NCBI RefSeq assembly: GCF_009914755.1
Contig: NC_060933.1
DNA from: the human T2T-CHM13v2.0 reference genome, Homo sapiens
Direction: 5' to 3' (one strand)
DNA: 64,000 nt
Shown: positions 26,600-41,130 of the stretch, piece after piece
How the letters are laid out: every line of letters begins with the position of its first letter
How positions within the stretch are numbered: position 1 is the stretch's first letter
Notes under the pieces: model-generated
Seen by the model: only the letters and a program-made list of their open reading frames with translations
Databases searched by the model: none
What the model was told of the DNA's origin: nothing
Position numbers and translations under genes: made by a program

Positions 26600-29500
26600 T
26601 CCATTCCATTCCATTCCATTCCGTTCCATTCCATTCCATTCCATTCGGGTTGAATCTATTCAATTCTTTACCCTCCATTCCTTTCCATTCCATTCCACAT
26701 AATTCCATTCCATTCCATTCCATTTCAATTGGGTTGAATCCATTCCATTCCATTTCGTTCCAATCCATTCTATTCCGTACCGTTCCTTTCCTTTCCATTC
26801 CATTCCATTCCATTCCACTGGGGTTGATTCCATTCCACTCCATTCCATTAGGGTTGATTCCATTCCATTCCATTCCGTTGCACTCCGGTTGATTCCATTC
26901 CATTCCATTCCATTCCATTCCTTTCCATTCCATTCCATTCCATTCTATTCCACTCCATTCCATTCGGGGTGATTCCATTCCATTCCATTCCATTCCATTC
27001 CATTCCATTCCATTCCACTCTGTTTGATTCAGTTCCATTCCATTCCATTCCACACGTTTTGATTCCATTCCATTCTATTCCGTTTCATTCCATTCCAAGC
27101 CATACGATTAAATTACATTCCATTCCATTCCACTCGGGTACAGTCCATTCCATTCCATTCCATTCCATTCCATTCCATTCCATTCCACTCCATTCCACTC
27201 TGTTTGATTCAGTTCCATTCCATTCCATTCCACACGTTTTGATTCCATTCCATTCTATTCCGTTTCATTCCATTCCAAGCCATACGATTACATTACATTC
27301 CATTCCACTCGGGTACAGTCCATTCCATTCCATTCCATTCCATTCCATTCCATTCCATTTCGTTCCATTCCATTCTATTCCATACCATTCCATTCCATTC
27401 CTTTCTATTGCATTCCATTCCATTCCATTCCATGCCATTCCACTCCATTAGTGTTGAATCCATTCCATTCCATTCCATTCCATTCCATTACACTCGAGTT
27501 GATTCCATTCCATTCCATTCCATTCCATTCCATTCCATTCCATTCCACTCCATTCCATTCGGGTGATTCCATTCCATTCCATTCAATTCTATTCCCATCC
27601 GCTCCGTTCCATTCCATCGCATTCCATTCTGGTTGATTCTATTCAATTCCTTTACACTCCATTCCATTCCATTCCATTCCACACAATTCCATTCCATTCC
27701 ATTCCACTCCAACTGGGTTGAATCCATTTCATTACATTTCGATCCATTCCATTCTATTCCGTACCATTCCTTTCCACTCCATTCCATTGTATTCCGTTCC
27801 ATTCCATTCCATTCGGGTTGATTCTATTCAATTCCTTTACACTGCATTCCATTCCATTCCGTTCCACACACTTCCGTTCCATTCCATTCCACTCCAATTG
27901 TGTTGAATCCATTTCATTCCATTTCGTTCCATTCCATTCTATTCCGTACCATTCCATTCCATTCATTTCCTTAGCATTCCATGCCATTCCCATCGGGTTG
28001 ATTCCATTTCATTCCTTACTATTCGGGCTGATTCCATTCCATTCCATTCCATTCCATTCCATTCCATTCCATTCCATTCCATTCCATTCCTATCCGCTCC
28101 GTTCCATTCCATCCCATTCCATTCGGGTTGACTCTATTCAATTCCTTTACACTCCATTCCATTCCATTCCATTCCACACAATTCCATTCCATTCCATTCC
28201 ATTCCAAGTGGGTTGAATACATTCTATTCCTTTTCGTTCCATTCATTTCTATTCTGTACCATTCCATTCCATTACATTCTATTCCATTCCATGCCATTCT
28301 ACCCGGGTTGATTCCATTCCATTCCATTCCATTACATTACATTCCATTCCATTCCACTCGGGTTGATTCCATTCCATTCCTTTCCATTCCATTGCATTCC
28401 ATTCCATTCCACTCGGGTTGATTCCATTCCATTCCATTCCATTCCATTCCATTCCATTCCATTCCATTCCATTCCATTACACCCGACTTGATTCCATTCC
28501 ATTCCATTCCATTCCATTCCATTCCATTCCATTCCGTTCCATTCCATTCCATTCAATTCGGGTTGATTCTATTCAATTCCTTTACACTCCATTCCATTCT
28601 ATTGCATTCCACACAATTCCATTCCATTCCATACCATACCATTCCAATTCGGTTGAATCCATTCCATTTCATTTCGTTCCATTCCATTCTATTCCGTACC
28701 ATTCCACTCCTTTCCATTCCATGCCATTCCACTCGGGTTGATTCCATTCCACTCCATTCCATTCGGGTTGATTCCATTCCATTCCATTCCATTCCATTCC
28801 ATTGCTCTCGTGTTGATTCCATTCCATTCCCTTCCATTCCACTCGTGTTGATTCCATTTCCATTCCACTCGATTACATTCCCTTCCATTCCACTCGGAAT
28901 GATTCCATTCCATTCCATTCCCTTCCATTCGCTTCCATTTCATTCCATTCCAATTCATTCCATTCCATTCCATTCCTCTCGAGTTGATTTCATTCCATTC
29001 CATTCCATTCCGTTCCATTCCATTCCATTCATTTACATTCCATTCCACTCTGATTGATTCCATTCTATTATTTTCCATACCGTTCCATTCCATTCCATTC
29101 CATTCCATTCCATTCCATTCCATTCCATTCCATTCATTTCCATTCCATTCCACTCTGGTTGATTCCATTCTATTCTTTTCCATACCATTCTATTCCCTTC
29201 CATTCCACTCGGGTTGATTCCATTCCTTTCCATTCCACTCGAAGACATTCCCTTCTATTCCACTCAGAATGAATCCACTCCATTGCATTCCATTCCATTC
29301 CATTCCATTCCATTCCATTCCATTCCATTCCATTTCGGTCCATTCCATTCTATTCCATATCATTCCATTCCATTCCATTCCTTTCCATTCTATTCCATTC
29401 CATGCCATTCCACTCGGGTTGATTCCATTCCTTTCCATTCCATTCGGGTTGAATCCATTCCATTCCATTCCATTCCATTCCATTCCATTCCATTGCACTC

Positions 29501-32500
29501 GGGTTGATTCCGTTCCATTCCATTCCATTCGGGTTGATTCTATTCAATTCCTTTACACTCCATTCCATTCCATTCCACACAATTCCATTCCATTACATTC
29601 CATTCCATTCCAATTGGTTTGAATCCATTCCATTTCGTTTCTTTCCATTCCATTCTATTCCATAACATTCCATTCCATTCCATTCCTTTCCATTCCATTC
29701 CATTGCATTCCATTCCATTCTATTCCATTCGGGTTGATTCTATTCAATTCCTTTACCCTCCATTCCATTCCATTCCACATAATTCCATTCCATTCCATTC
29801 CATTCCAATTGGGTTGAATCCATTCCTTTCCATTTCGTTCCATTCCATTCTATTCCGTACCATTCCATTCCATTCCATTCCTTTCCATTCCATGCCATTC
29901 CACTCTGGTTGATTCCATTCCATTCCATTCCATTCCTTTCTATTCGGGTTGATTCCATTCCATTCCATTCCATTCCATTCCATTCCATTCCATTCCATAC
30001 CATTCCGTTGCACTCGAGTTGATTCCGTTCCATTCCATTCCATTCCATTCCATTCGGGTTGATTGCATTCTATTTCTTTCCATTCCATTCCATACCATTC
30101 CATTCCACTCGGGTTGATACCATTCCTTTCCATTCCACTCGAATACTTTCCCTTCTATTCCACTCGGAATGATTCCATTCCATTCCATTCTATTCCAATT
30201 TGGTTGAATCCATTCAATTCCATTTCGTTCCATTCCATTCTATTCCGTACCATTCCATTCCTTTCCATTCCATTCCATTCCATTCCATGCCATTCCACTC
30301 GGGTTGATTCCATTCCACTATATTCCATTCGGGTTGATTCCATTGCATTCCATTCCATTCCATTCCATTCCATTCCATTCCATTCCAATCCATTCCATTC
30401 AATTTTACTCTGTTTGATTCTGTTCCATTCCATTCCGTTCCACGCGATTTGATTCCATTCCATTCTATTCTGTTTCATTCCATTCCACGCCATACGATTC
30501 CATTCCATTCCATTCGGGTACATTCCATTCCATTCCATTCCATTCCATTCCATTCCATTCCATTGCACTCGGGTTCATTCCATTCCTTTCTATTCCACTC
30601 GATTACGTTCCCTTCCATTCCCCTCGATTACATTCCCTTCCATTCCACTCGTAATGATTCCATTCCATTCCATTCCCTTCCATTCCATTGCATTCCATTC
30701 CAATCCATTCCATTCCATTCCATTCCACCCGAGTTGATTTCATTCCATTCCATTCCATTCCATTCCATTCCATTCCATTCCATTCCATTCCGTTCCATTC
30801 CATTCCATTCCATTCGGGTTGAATTTATTCAATTCCTTTACCCTCCATTCCATTCCATTCCATTCCACATAATTCCATTCGATTCCATTCCATTTCAACT
30901 GGGTTGAATCCATTCCATTCCATTTTGTTCCAATCCATTCTAATCCGTACCGTTCCTTTCCTTTCCATTCCATTCCATTCCATGCCACTCCACTCGGGTT
31001 GATTCCATTCCACTCCATTCCATTCGGGTTGATTCTATTCCATTCCATTCCATTGCACTCCGGTTGTTTCCATTCCATTCCATTCCATTCCATTCCTTTC
31101 CATTCCATTCCATTCCATTCTCTTCCACTCCATTCCATTCGGGGTGATTCCATTCCATTCCATTCCATTCCATTCCATTCCATTCCATTCCATTCCATTC
31201 CATTCCACTCTGTTTGATTCAGTTCCATTCCATTCCATTCCACACGTTTTGATTCCATTCCTTTCTATTCCGTTTCATTCCATTCCAAGCCATACGATTA
31301 CATTACATTCCATTCCACTCGGGTACAGTCCATTCCATTCCATTCCATTCCATTCCATTTCGTTCCATTCCATTCTATTCCATACCATTCCATTCCATTC
31401 CATTCTATTGCATTCCATTCCATTCCATTCCATGCCATTCCACTCCATTAATGTTGAATCCATTCCATTCCATTCCATTCCATTACACTCGAGTTGATTC
31501 CATTCCATTCCATTCCATTCCATTCCATTCCATTCCACTCCATTCCATTCGGGTGATTCCATTCCATTCCATTCCATTCCATTCCATTCCATTCCATTCT
31601 ATTCCATTCCATTCCCATCCGCTCCGTTCCATTCCATCGCATTCCATTCTGGTTGATTCTATTCAATTCCTTTACAGTCCATTCCATTCCATTCCATTCC
31701 ACACAATTCCATTCCATTCCATTCCACTCCAATTGGGTTGAGTCGATTTCATTACATTTCGATCCATTCCATTCTATTCCGTACCATTCCTTTCCACTCC
31801 ATTCCATTGTATTCCGTTCCATTCCATTCCATTCGGGTTGATTCTATTCAATTCCTTTACACTGCATTCCATTCTATTCCGTTCCACACACTTCCATTCC
31901 ATTCCATTCCACTCCAATTGGGTTGAATCCATTTCATTCCATTTCGTTCCATTCCATTCTATTCCGTACCATTCCATTCCATTCATTTCCTTAGCATTCC
32001 ATGCCATTCCAATCGGGTTGATTCCATTTCATTCCTTTCTATTCGGGCTGATTCCATTCCATTCCATTCCATTCCATTCCATTCCATTCCATTCCATTCC
32101 CATCCGCTCCGTTCCATTCCATCCCATTCCGTTCGGGTTGACTCTATTCAATTCCTTTACACTCCATTCCATTCCATTCCATTCCACACAATTCCATTCC
32201 ATTCCATTCCATTCCAAGTGGGTTGAATGCATTCTATTCCATTTCGTTCCATTCATTTCTATTCTGTACCATTCCATTCCATTACATTCTATTCCATTCC
32301 ATGCCATTCTACCCGGGTTGATTCCATTCCATTCCATTCCATTCCATTCCATTCCATTCCATTCCATTCCACTCGGGTTGATTCCATTCCATTCCTTTCC
32401 ATTCCATTGCATTCCATTCCATTCCACTCGGGTTGATTCCATTCCATTCCATTCCATTCCATTCCATTCCATTCCATTCCATTCCATTCCATTACACCCG

Positions 32501-35500
32501 ACTTGATTCCATTCCATTCCATTCCATTCCATTCCATTCCATTCCATTCCGTTCCATTCCATTCCATTCAATTCGGGATGATTCTATTCAATTCGTTTAC
32601 ACTCCATTCCATTCTATTGCATTCCACAAAATTCCATTCCATTCCATAGCATACCGTTCCAATTCAGTTGAATCCATTCCATTTCATTTCGTTCCATTCC
32701 ATTCTATTCCGTACCATTCCACTCCTTTCCATTCCATGCCATTCCACTCGGGTTGATTCCATTCCACTCCATTCCATTCGGGTTGATTCCATTCCATTCC
32801 ATTCCATTCCATTCCATTCCATTCCATTCCATTACTCTCGGGTTGATTCCATTCCATTCCATTCCATTCCATTCGTTTCCATTCCATTCCACTCGTGTTG
32901 ATTCCATTCCATTCCTTTCCATTCCATTCCATTCCATTCCCTTCCATTCCACTCATGTTGATTCCATTTCCATTCCACTCGATTACATTCCCTTCCATTC
33001 CACTCGGAATGATTCCATTCCATTCCATTCCCTTCCATTCGCTTCCATTTCATTCCATTCCAATTCATTCCATTCCATTCCATTCCCCTCGAGTTGATTT
33101 CATTCCATTCCATTCCATTCCGTTCCATTCCATTCCATTCATTTACATTCCATTCCACTCTGATTGATTCCATTCTATTATTTTCCATACCATTCCATTC
33201 CATTCCATTCCATTCTATTCCATTCCATTCCATTCCATTCATTTCCATTCCATTCCACTCTGGTTGATTCCATTCTATTCTTTTCCACACCATTCTATTC
33301 CCTTCCATTCCACTCGGGTTGATTCCACTCCTATCCATTCCACTCGAATACATTCCCTTCTATTCCACTCAGAATGAATCCACTCCATTGCATTCCATTC
33401 CATTCCATTCCATTTCGGTCCATTCCATTCTATTCCATATCATTCCATTCCATTCCATTCCTTTCCATTCTATTCCATTCCATGCCATTCCACTCGGGTT
33501 GATTCCATTCCTTTCCATTCCATTCGGGATGAATCCATTCCATTCCATTCCATTCCATTCCATCGCACTCGGCTTGATTCCGTTCCAATCCATTCCATTC
33601 GGGTTGATTCTATTCAATTCCTTTACACTCCATTCCATTCCATTCCACACAATTCCATTCCATTCCATTCCATTCCATTCCAATTGGTTTGAATCCATTC
33701 CATTCCATTTCTTTCCATTCCATTCTATTCCATACCATTCCATTCCATTCCTTTCCATTCCATTCCATTGCATTCCGTTCCATTCCATTCCATTCGGGTT
33801 GATTCTATTCAATTCCTTTACCCTCCATTCCATTCCATTCCACACAATTCCATTCCATTCCATTCCATTCCAATTGGGTTGAATCCATTCCGTTCCATTT
33901 CGTTCCATTCCATTCTATTCCGCACCATTCCATTCCATTCCGTACCATTCCATTCCATTCCATTCCTTTCCATTCCATGCCATTCCACTCTGGTTGATTC
34001 CATTCCATTCCATTCCATTCCATTCTATTCGGGTTGATTCCATTCCATTCCATTCCATTCCATTCCATTCCATACCATTCCGTTGCACTCGAGGTGATTC
34101 CGTTCCATTCCATTCCATTCCATTCCATTCCATTCCATTCCACTCGGGTTGATTGCATTCTATTTCTTTCCATTCCATTCCATATCCTTCCATTCCACTC
34201 GGGTTGATTCCATTCCTTTCCATTCCACTCGAATACTTTCCCTTCTATTCCACTCGGAATGATTCCATTCCATTCCATTCCATTCCAATTGGGTTGAATC
34301 CATTCAATTCCATTTCGTTCCATTCCATTCTATTCCGTACCATTCCATTCCTTTCCATTCCATTCCATTCCATGCCATTCCACTCGGGTTGATTCCATTC
34401 CACTCCTTTCCATTCGGGTTGATTCCATTCCATTCCGTTCCATTCCATTCCAATCCATTCCATTCAATTTCACTGTGTTTGTTTCAGTTCCATTCCATTT
34501 CGTTCCACGCGATTTGATTCCATTCCATTCTATTCTGTTTCATTCCATTCCACGCCGTACGATTCCATTCCATTCCATTCGGGTACATTCCATTCCATTC
34601 CATTCCATTCCATTCCATTCCATTCCATTGCACTCGGGTTCATTCCATTCCTTTCTATTCCACTCGATTACATTCCCTTCCATTCCCCTCGATTACATTC
34701 CCTTCCATTCCACTCGGAATGATTCCATTCCATTCCATTCCATTGCATTCCATTCCAATCCATTCCATTCCATTCCATTCCACCCGAGTTGATTTCATTA
34801 AATTCCATTCCATTCCATTCCATTCCATTCCATTCCATTCCCTTCCATTCCAGTCCATTCCATTCGTGTTGAATCTATTCAATTCCTTTACCCTCCATTC
34901 CATTCCATTCCATTCCACATAATTCCATTCCATTCCATTCCATTTCAATTGGGTTGAATCCATTCCATTCCATTTCGTTCCAATCCATTCTAATCCGTAC
35001 CGTTCCTTTCCTTTCCATTCCATTCCATTCCATACCACTCCACTCGGGTTGATTCCATTCCACTCCATTCCATTCGGGTTGATTCCATTCCATTCCATTC
35101 CGTTGCACTCCGGTTGATTCCATTCCATTCCATTCCATTCCATTCCTTTCCATTCCATTCCATTCCATTCCATTCCTTTCCATTCCATTCCATTCCATTC
35201 TATTCCACTCCATTCCATTCGGGGTGATTCCATTCCATTCCTTTCCATTCCATTCCATTCCATTCCATTCCATTCCATTCCATTCCATTCCTTTCCACTC
35301 TGTTTGATTCAGTTCCATTCCATTCCATTCCACACGTTTTGATTCCATTCCATTCTATTCCGTTTCATTACATTCCAAGCCATACGATTCAATTACATTC
35401 CATTCCACTCGGGTACAGTCCATTCCATTCCATTCCATTCCATTCCATTCCATTCCATTCCATTTCGTTCTATTCCATTCTATTCCATACCATTCCATTC

Positions 35501-37700
35501 CATTCCATTCTATTGCATTCCATTCCATTCCATTCCATGCCATTCCACTCCATTAGTGTTGAATCCATTCCATTCCATTCCATTCCATTCCATTACACTC
35601 GAGTTGATTCCATTCCATTCCATTCCATTCCATTCCACTCCATTCCACTCCATTCCATTCGGGTGATTCCATTCCATTCCATTCCATTCCATTCCATTCC
35701 ATTCCATTCTATTCCATTCCATTCCCATCCGCTCCGTTCCATTCCATCGCATTCCATTCTGGTTGATTCTATTCAATTCCTTTACACTCCATTCCATTCC
35801 ATTCCATTCCACACAATTCCATTCCATTCCATTCCACTCCAATTGTGTTGAATCCATTTCATTACATTTCGATCCATTCCATTCTGTTCCGTACCATTCC
35901 TTTCCACTCCATTCCATTGTATTCCGTTCCATTCCATTCCATTCGGGTTGATTCTATTCAATTCCTTTACACTGCATTCCATTCTATTCCGTTCCACACA
36001 ATTCCATTCCATTCCATTCCACTCCAATTGGGTTGAATCCATTTCATTCCATTTCGTTCCATTCCATTCTATTCCGTACCATTCCATTCCATTCATTTCC
36101 TTAGCATTCCATGCCATTCCAATCGGGTTGATTCCATTTCATTCCTTTCTATTCGGGTTGATTCCATTCCATTCCATTCCATTCCATTCCATTCCATTCC
36201 ATTCCCATCCGCTCCGTTCCATTCCATCCCATTCCATTCGGGTTGACTCTATTCAATTCCTTTACACTCCATTCCATTCCATTCCATTCCGCACAATTCC
36301 ATTCCATTCCATTCCATTCCAAGTGGGTTGAATGCATTCTATTCCATTTCGTTCCATTCATTTCTATTCTGTACCATTCCATTCCATTACATTCTATTCC
36401 ATTCCATGCCATTCTACCCGGGTTGATTCCATTCCATTCCATTCCATTACATTCATTCCACTCGGGTTGATTCCATACCATTACTTTCCATTCCATTGCA
36501 TTCCATTCCATTCCACTCGGGTTGATTCCATTCCATTCCATTCCATTCAATTCCATTCCATTCCATTCCATTCCGCCTGACTTGATTCCATTCCATTACA
36601 TTCCATTCCATTCCATTCTATTCCATTCCATTCCATTCCATTCCATTCCGTTCTATTCCATTCCATTCAATTCGGGTTGATTCTATTCAGTTCGTTTACA
36701 CTCCATTCCATTCTATTGCATTCCACACAATTCCATTCCATTCCATACCATACCATTCCAATTCGGTTGAATCCATTCCATTTCATTTCGTTCCATTCCA
36801 TTCTATTCCGTACCATTCCACTCCTTTCCATTCCATGCCATTCCACTCGGGTTGATTTCATTCCACTCCATTCCATTCGGGTTGATTCCATTCAATTCCA
36901 TTCCATTCCATTCCATTGCTCTCGTGTTGATTCCATTCCATTCCATTCGTTTCCATTCCATTCCACTCGTGTTGATTCCAATCCATTCCTTTCCATTCCA
37001 TTCCATTCCCCTCCATTCCACTCGTGTTGATTCCATTTCCATTCCACTCGATTACATTCCCTTCCATTCCACTCGGAATGATTCCCTTCCATTCCATTCC
37101 CTTCCATTCGCTTCCATTTCACTCCATTCCAATTCATTCCATTCCATTCCATTCCTCTCGAGTTGATTTCATTCCATTCCATTCCATTCCGTTCCATTCC
37201 ATTCCATTCATTTACATTCCATTCCACTCTGATTGATTCCATTCTATTATTTTCCATACCATTCCATTCCATTCCATTCCATTCCATTCCATTCATTTCC
37301 ATTCCATTCCATTCTGGTTGATTCCATTCTATTCTTCTCCATACCATTCTATTCCCTTCCATTCCACTCGGGTTGATTCCATTCCTTTCCATTCCACTCG
37401 AATACATTCCCTTCTATTCCACGCAGAATGAATCCTCTCCATTGCATTCCATTCCATTCCATTCCATTCCATTCCATTGCATTCCATTCCATTCCATTCC
37501 ATTCCATTCCATTCCATTCCATTCCATTCCATTTCGGTCCATTCCATTCTATTCCATATCATTCCATTCCATTCCATTCCTTTCCATTCTATTCCATTCC
37601 ATGCCATTCCACTCGGGTTGATTCCATTCCTTTCCATTCCATTCGGGTTGAATCCATTCCATTCCATTCCATTCCATTCCATCGCACTCGGGTTGATTCC
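26600..37700 (-). repeat. ~4.0-4.2 kb higher-order unit, about 2.7 tandem copies
   Basis: GCTCCGTTCCATTCCATCGCATTCCATTCTGG 27601/31621/35731; CCGTACCGTTCCTTTCC 26775/30945/34995; CATTCCAAGCCATACGATT 27271/31281/35371; GAATACTTTCCC 30141/34231. Confidence 0.88.
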
Positions 37701-40700
37701 ATTCCATTCCATTCCATTCCATTCCATTCCATTCCATTCCTCTCCATTCCATTCGGGATGATTCCATTCCATTCTATTCCATTCCATTCCATTCCATTCC
37801 ACTCAGTTTTATTCAGTTCCATTCCATTCCATTCCACGCGATTAGATTCCATTCCCTTCTATTCCGTTTCATTCCATTCCACGCCATATGATTCCATTCC
37901 ATTCCATTCCATTCGGGTACATTCCATTCCATTCCATTCCATTCAATTCCACTCCATTCCATTCCATTGCATTATGGTTGATTCCATTCCATTCCATTCC
38001 ATTCCATTCCATTCCATTCCATTGCACTCGGGTTGATTCCATTCCTTTCCATTCCACACGGTTACATTCACTTCCATTCCACTTGGAATGATTCCATTCC
38101 ATTCCATTGCATTCCATTCCATTCCATTCCATTCCGTTCCGTTCCATTCCATTCCATTCCCCTCGTGTTGATTCCATTCCTTTCCTTTCCATTCCATTCC
38201 ATTCCCTTCCATTCCACTCGTGTTGATTCCATTTACATTCCACTCAATTACATTCCCTTCCATTCCAATCGGAATGAATCCATTCCATTCCATTCCATTC
38301 CATTGCATTCCATTCCAATTCATTCCATTCCATACCATTCCACCCGAGTTGATTCCATTCCATTCCGTTCCATTACATTCCGTTCCGTTCCACTCCATTC
38401 CATTCCATTCGGGTTGATTTTATTCAATTCCTTTACACTCCTTTCCATTCCATTCCATTCCACACAATTCCATTCCATTCCATTCCATTCCAATTGGGTT
38501 GAATCCATTCCAGTGCATTTCGTTCCATTCCATTCTATTCGGTACCATTCCCTTCCAATCCATTCCATTCCATGCCATTGCACTCGGGTTGATTCCACTA
38601 CATTCCATTCCATTCGGGTTGATTCCATTACATTCCTTTCCATTCCATACCATTCCACTCGGGTTGATTCCATTGCATTCCATTCCATTCCATTCCATTC
38701 CATTGCACTCGAGTTGATTCCATTCCATTCCATTCCATTCCATTCCATTCCATTCCATTCCATTCAATTCCTTTCCATTCCATTCCATTCCATTCCACTC
38801 GGAATGATTCCATTCTATTCCATTCCATTCCATTCCATTTCGCTCCATACCATTCCATTCCATGTGTGTTGATACTATTCAATTCCATTCCATTCCATTC
38901 CATTCCATTCCATTCCATCCCATTCCTTTCCATTCCATTCCACTCTGGTTGATTCCATTCTATTCTTTTCCATTCCATTCCGTTCCCTTCCATTCCACTC
39001 GGGTTGATTCCATTCCTTTCCATTCCACTCGAATACATTCCCTTCTATTCCACTCGGAATGATTCCTTTCCATTCCATTCCATTGCAATTGGGTTGAATC
39101 CATTCCATTCCTTTCCATTCCATTCCATTCCATTCCATGCCATTCCACTCGGGTTGATTCCATTCCACTCCATTCCATTCGGGTTGATTCCATTCCATTC
39201 CATTCCATTCCATAGCATTGCTCTCGGTTTGATTCCATTCCATTCCATTCCATTCCATTCCATTCCATTCCATTCCATTCCATTCTTTTCCATTCTATTC
39301 CATTCCATGCCATTCCACTCGGGTTGATTCCATTCCTTTCCATTCCATTCGGGTTGAATCCATTCCATTCCATTCCATTCCATTCCATTCCATCGCACTC
39401 GGGTTGATTCCATTCCATTCCATTCCATTCCATTCCATTCCATTCCATTCCATTCCATTCCTCTCCATTCCATTCGGGATGATTCCATTCCATTCTATTC
39501 CATTCCATTCCATTCCATTCCACTCAGTTTTATTCAGTTCCATTCCATTCCATTCCACGCGATTTGATTCCATTCCCTTCTATTCCGTTTCGTTCCATTC
39601 CACGCCATATGATTCCATTCCATTCCATTCCATTCGGGTACATTCCATTCCATTCCATTCCATTCAATTCCACTCCATTCCATTCCATTGCATTTTGGTT
39701 GATTCCATTCCATTCCATTCCATTCCATTCCATTCCATTCCATTCCATTCCATTGCACTCGGGTTGATTCCATTCCTTTCCATTCCACTCGGTTACATTC
39801 ACTTCCATTCCACTTGGAATGATTCCATTCCATTCCATTGCATTCCATTCCAATCCATTCCATTCCATTCCATTCCATTCCATTCCACCCGGGTTGATTC
39901 CATTCCATTCCATTCCATTCCATTCCATTCCATTCCGTTCCGTTCCATTCCATTCCATTCCCCTCGTGTTGATTCCATTCCATTCCATTCCATTCCATTC
40001 CATTCCATTCCCTTCCATTCCACTCGTGTTGATTCCATTTACATTCCACTCGATTACATTCCCTTCCATTCCACTCGGAATGAATCCATTCCATTCCATT
40101 CCATTCCATTGCATTCCATTCCAATTCATTCCATTCCATACCATTCCACCCGAGTTGATTCCATTCCATTCCATTCCATTCCATTCCGTTCCATTACATT
40201 CCGTTCCGTTCCACTCCATTCCATTCCATTCGGGTTGATTTTATTCAATTCCTTTACACTCCTTTCCATTCCATTCCATTCCACACAATTCCATTCCATT
40301 CCATTCCATTCCAATTGGGTTGAATCCATTCCAGTCCATTTCGTTCCATTCCATTCTATTCGGTACCATTCCCTTCCATTCCATTCCATTCTATGCCATT
40401 GCACTCGGGTTGATTCCACTACATTCCATTCCATTCGGGTTGATTCCATTACATTCCTTTCCATTCCATACCATTCCACTCGGGTTGATTCCATTGCATT
40501 CCATTCCATTCCATTCCATTCCATTGCACTCGAGTTGATTCCATTCCATTCCATTGCATTCCATTGCATTCCATTCCATTCCATTCCATTCAATTCCTTT
40601 CCATTCCATTCCATTCCATTCCACTCGGAATGATTCCATTCTATTCCATTCCATTCCATTCCATTTCGCTCCATACCATTCCATTCCATTTGGGTTGATA

Positions 40701-41130
40701 CTATTCAGTTCCATTCCATTCCATTCCATTCCATTCCATCCCATTCCTTTCCATTCCATTCCACTCTGGTTGATTCCATTCTATTCTTTTCCATTCCATT
40801 CCGTTCCCTTCCATTCCACTCGGGTTGATTCCATTCCTTTCCATTCCACTCGAATACATTCCCCTCTATTCCACTCGGAATGATTCCTTTCCATTCCATT
40901 CCATTGCAATTGGGTTGAATCCATTCCATTCCATTTCGTTCCATTGCATTCTATTCCGTACCGTTCTATTCCTTTCCATTCCATTCCATTCCATTCCATG
41001 CCATTCCACTCGGGTTGATTCCATTCCACTCCATTCCATTCGGGTTGATTCCATTCCACTCCATTCCATTCGGGTTGATTCCATTCCATTCCATTCCATT
41101 CCATAGCATTGCTCTCGGGTTGATTCCATT
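37560..41130 (-). repeat. ~1.7-1.9 kb tandem duplication
   Basis: ACTCAGTTTTATTCAGTTCC 37801/39522; GGTACCATTCCC 38541/40362; CATAGCATTGCTCTCGG 39211/41102. Confidence 0.85.
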
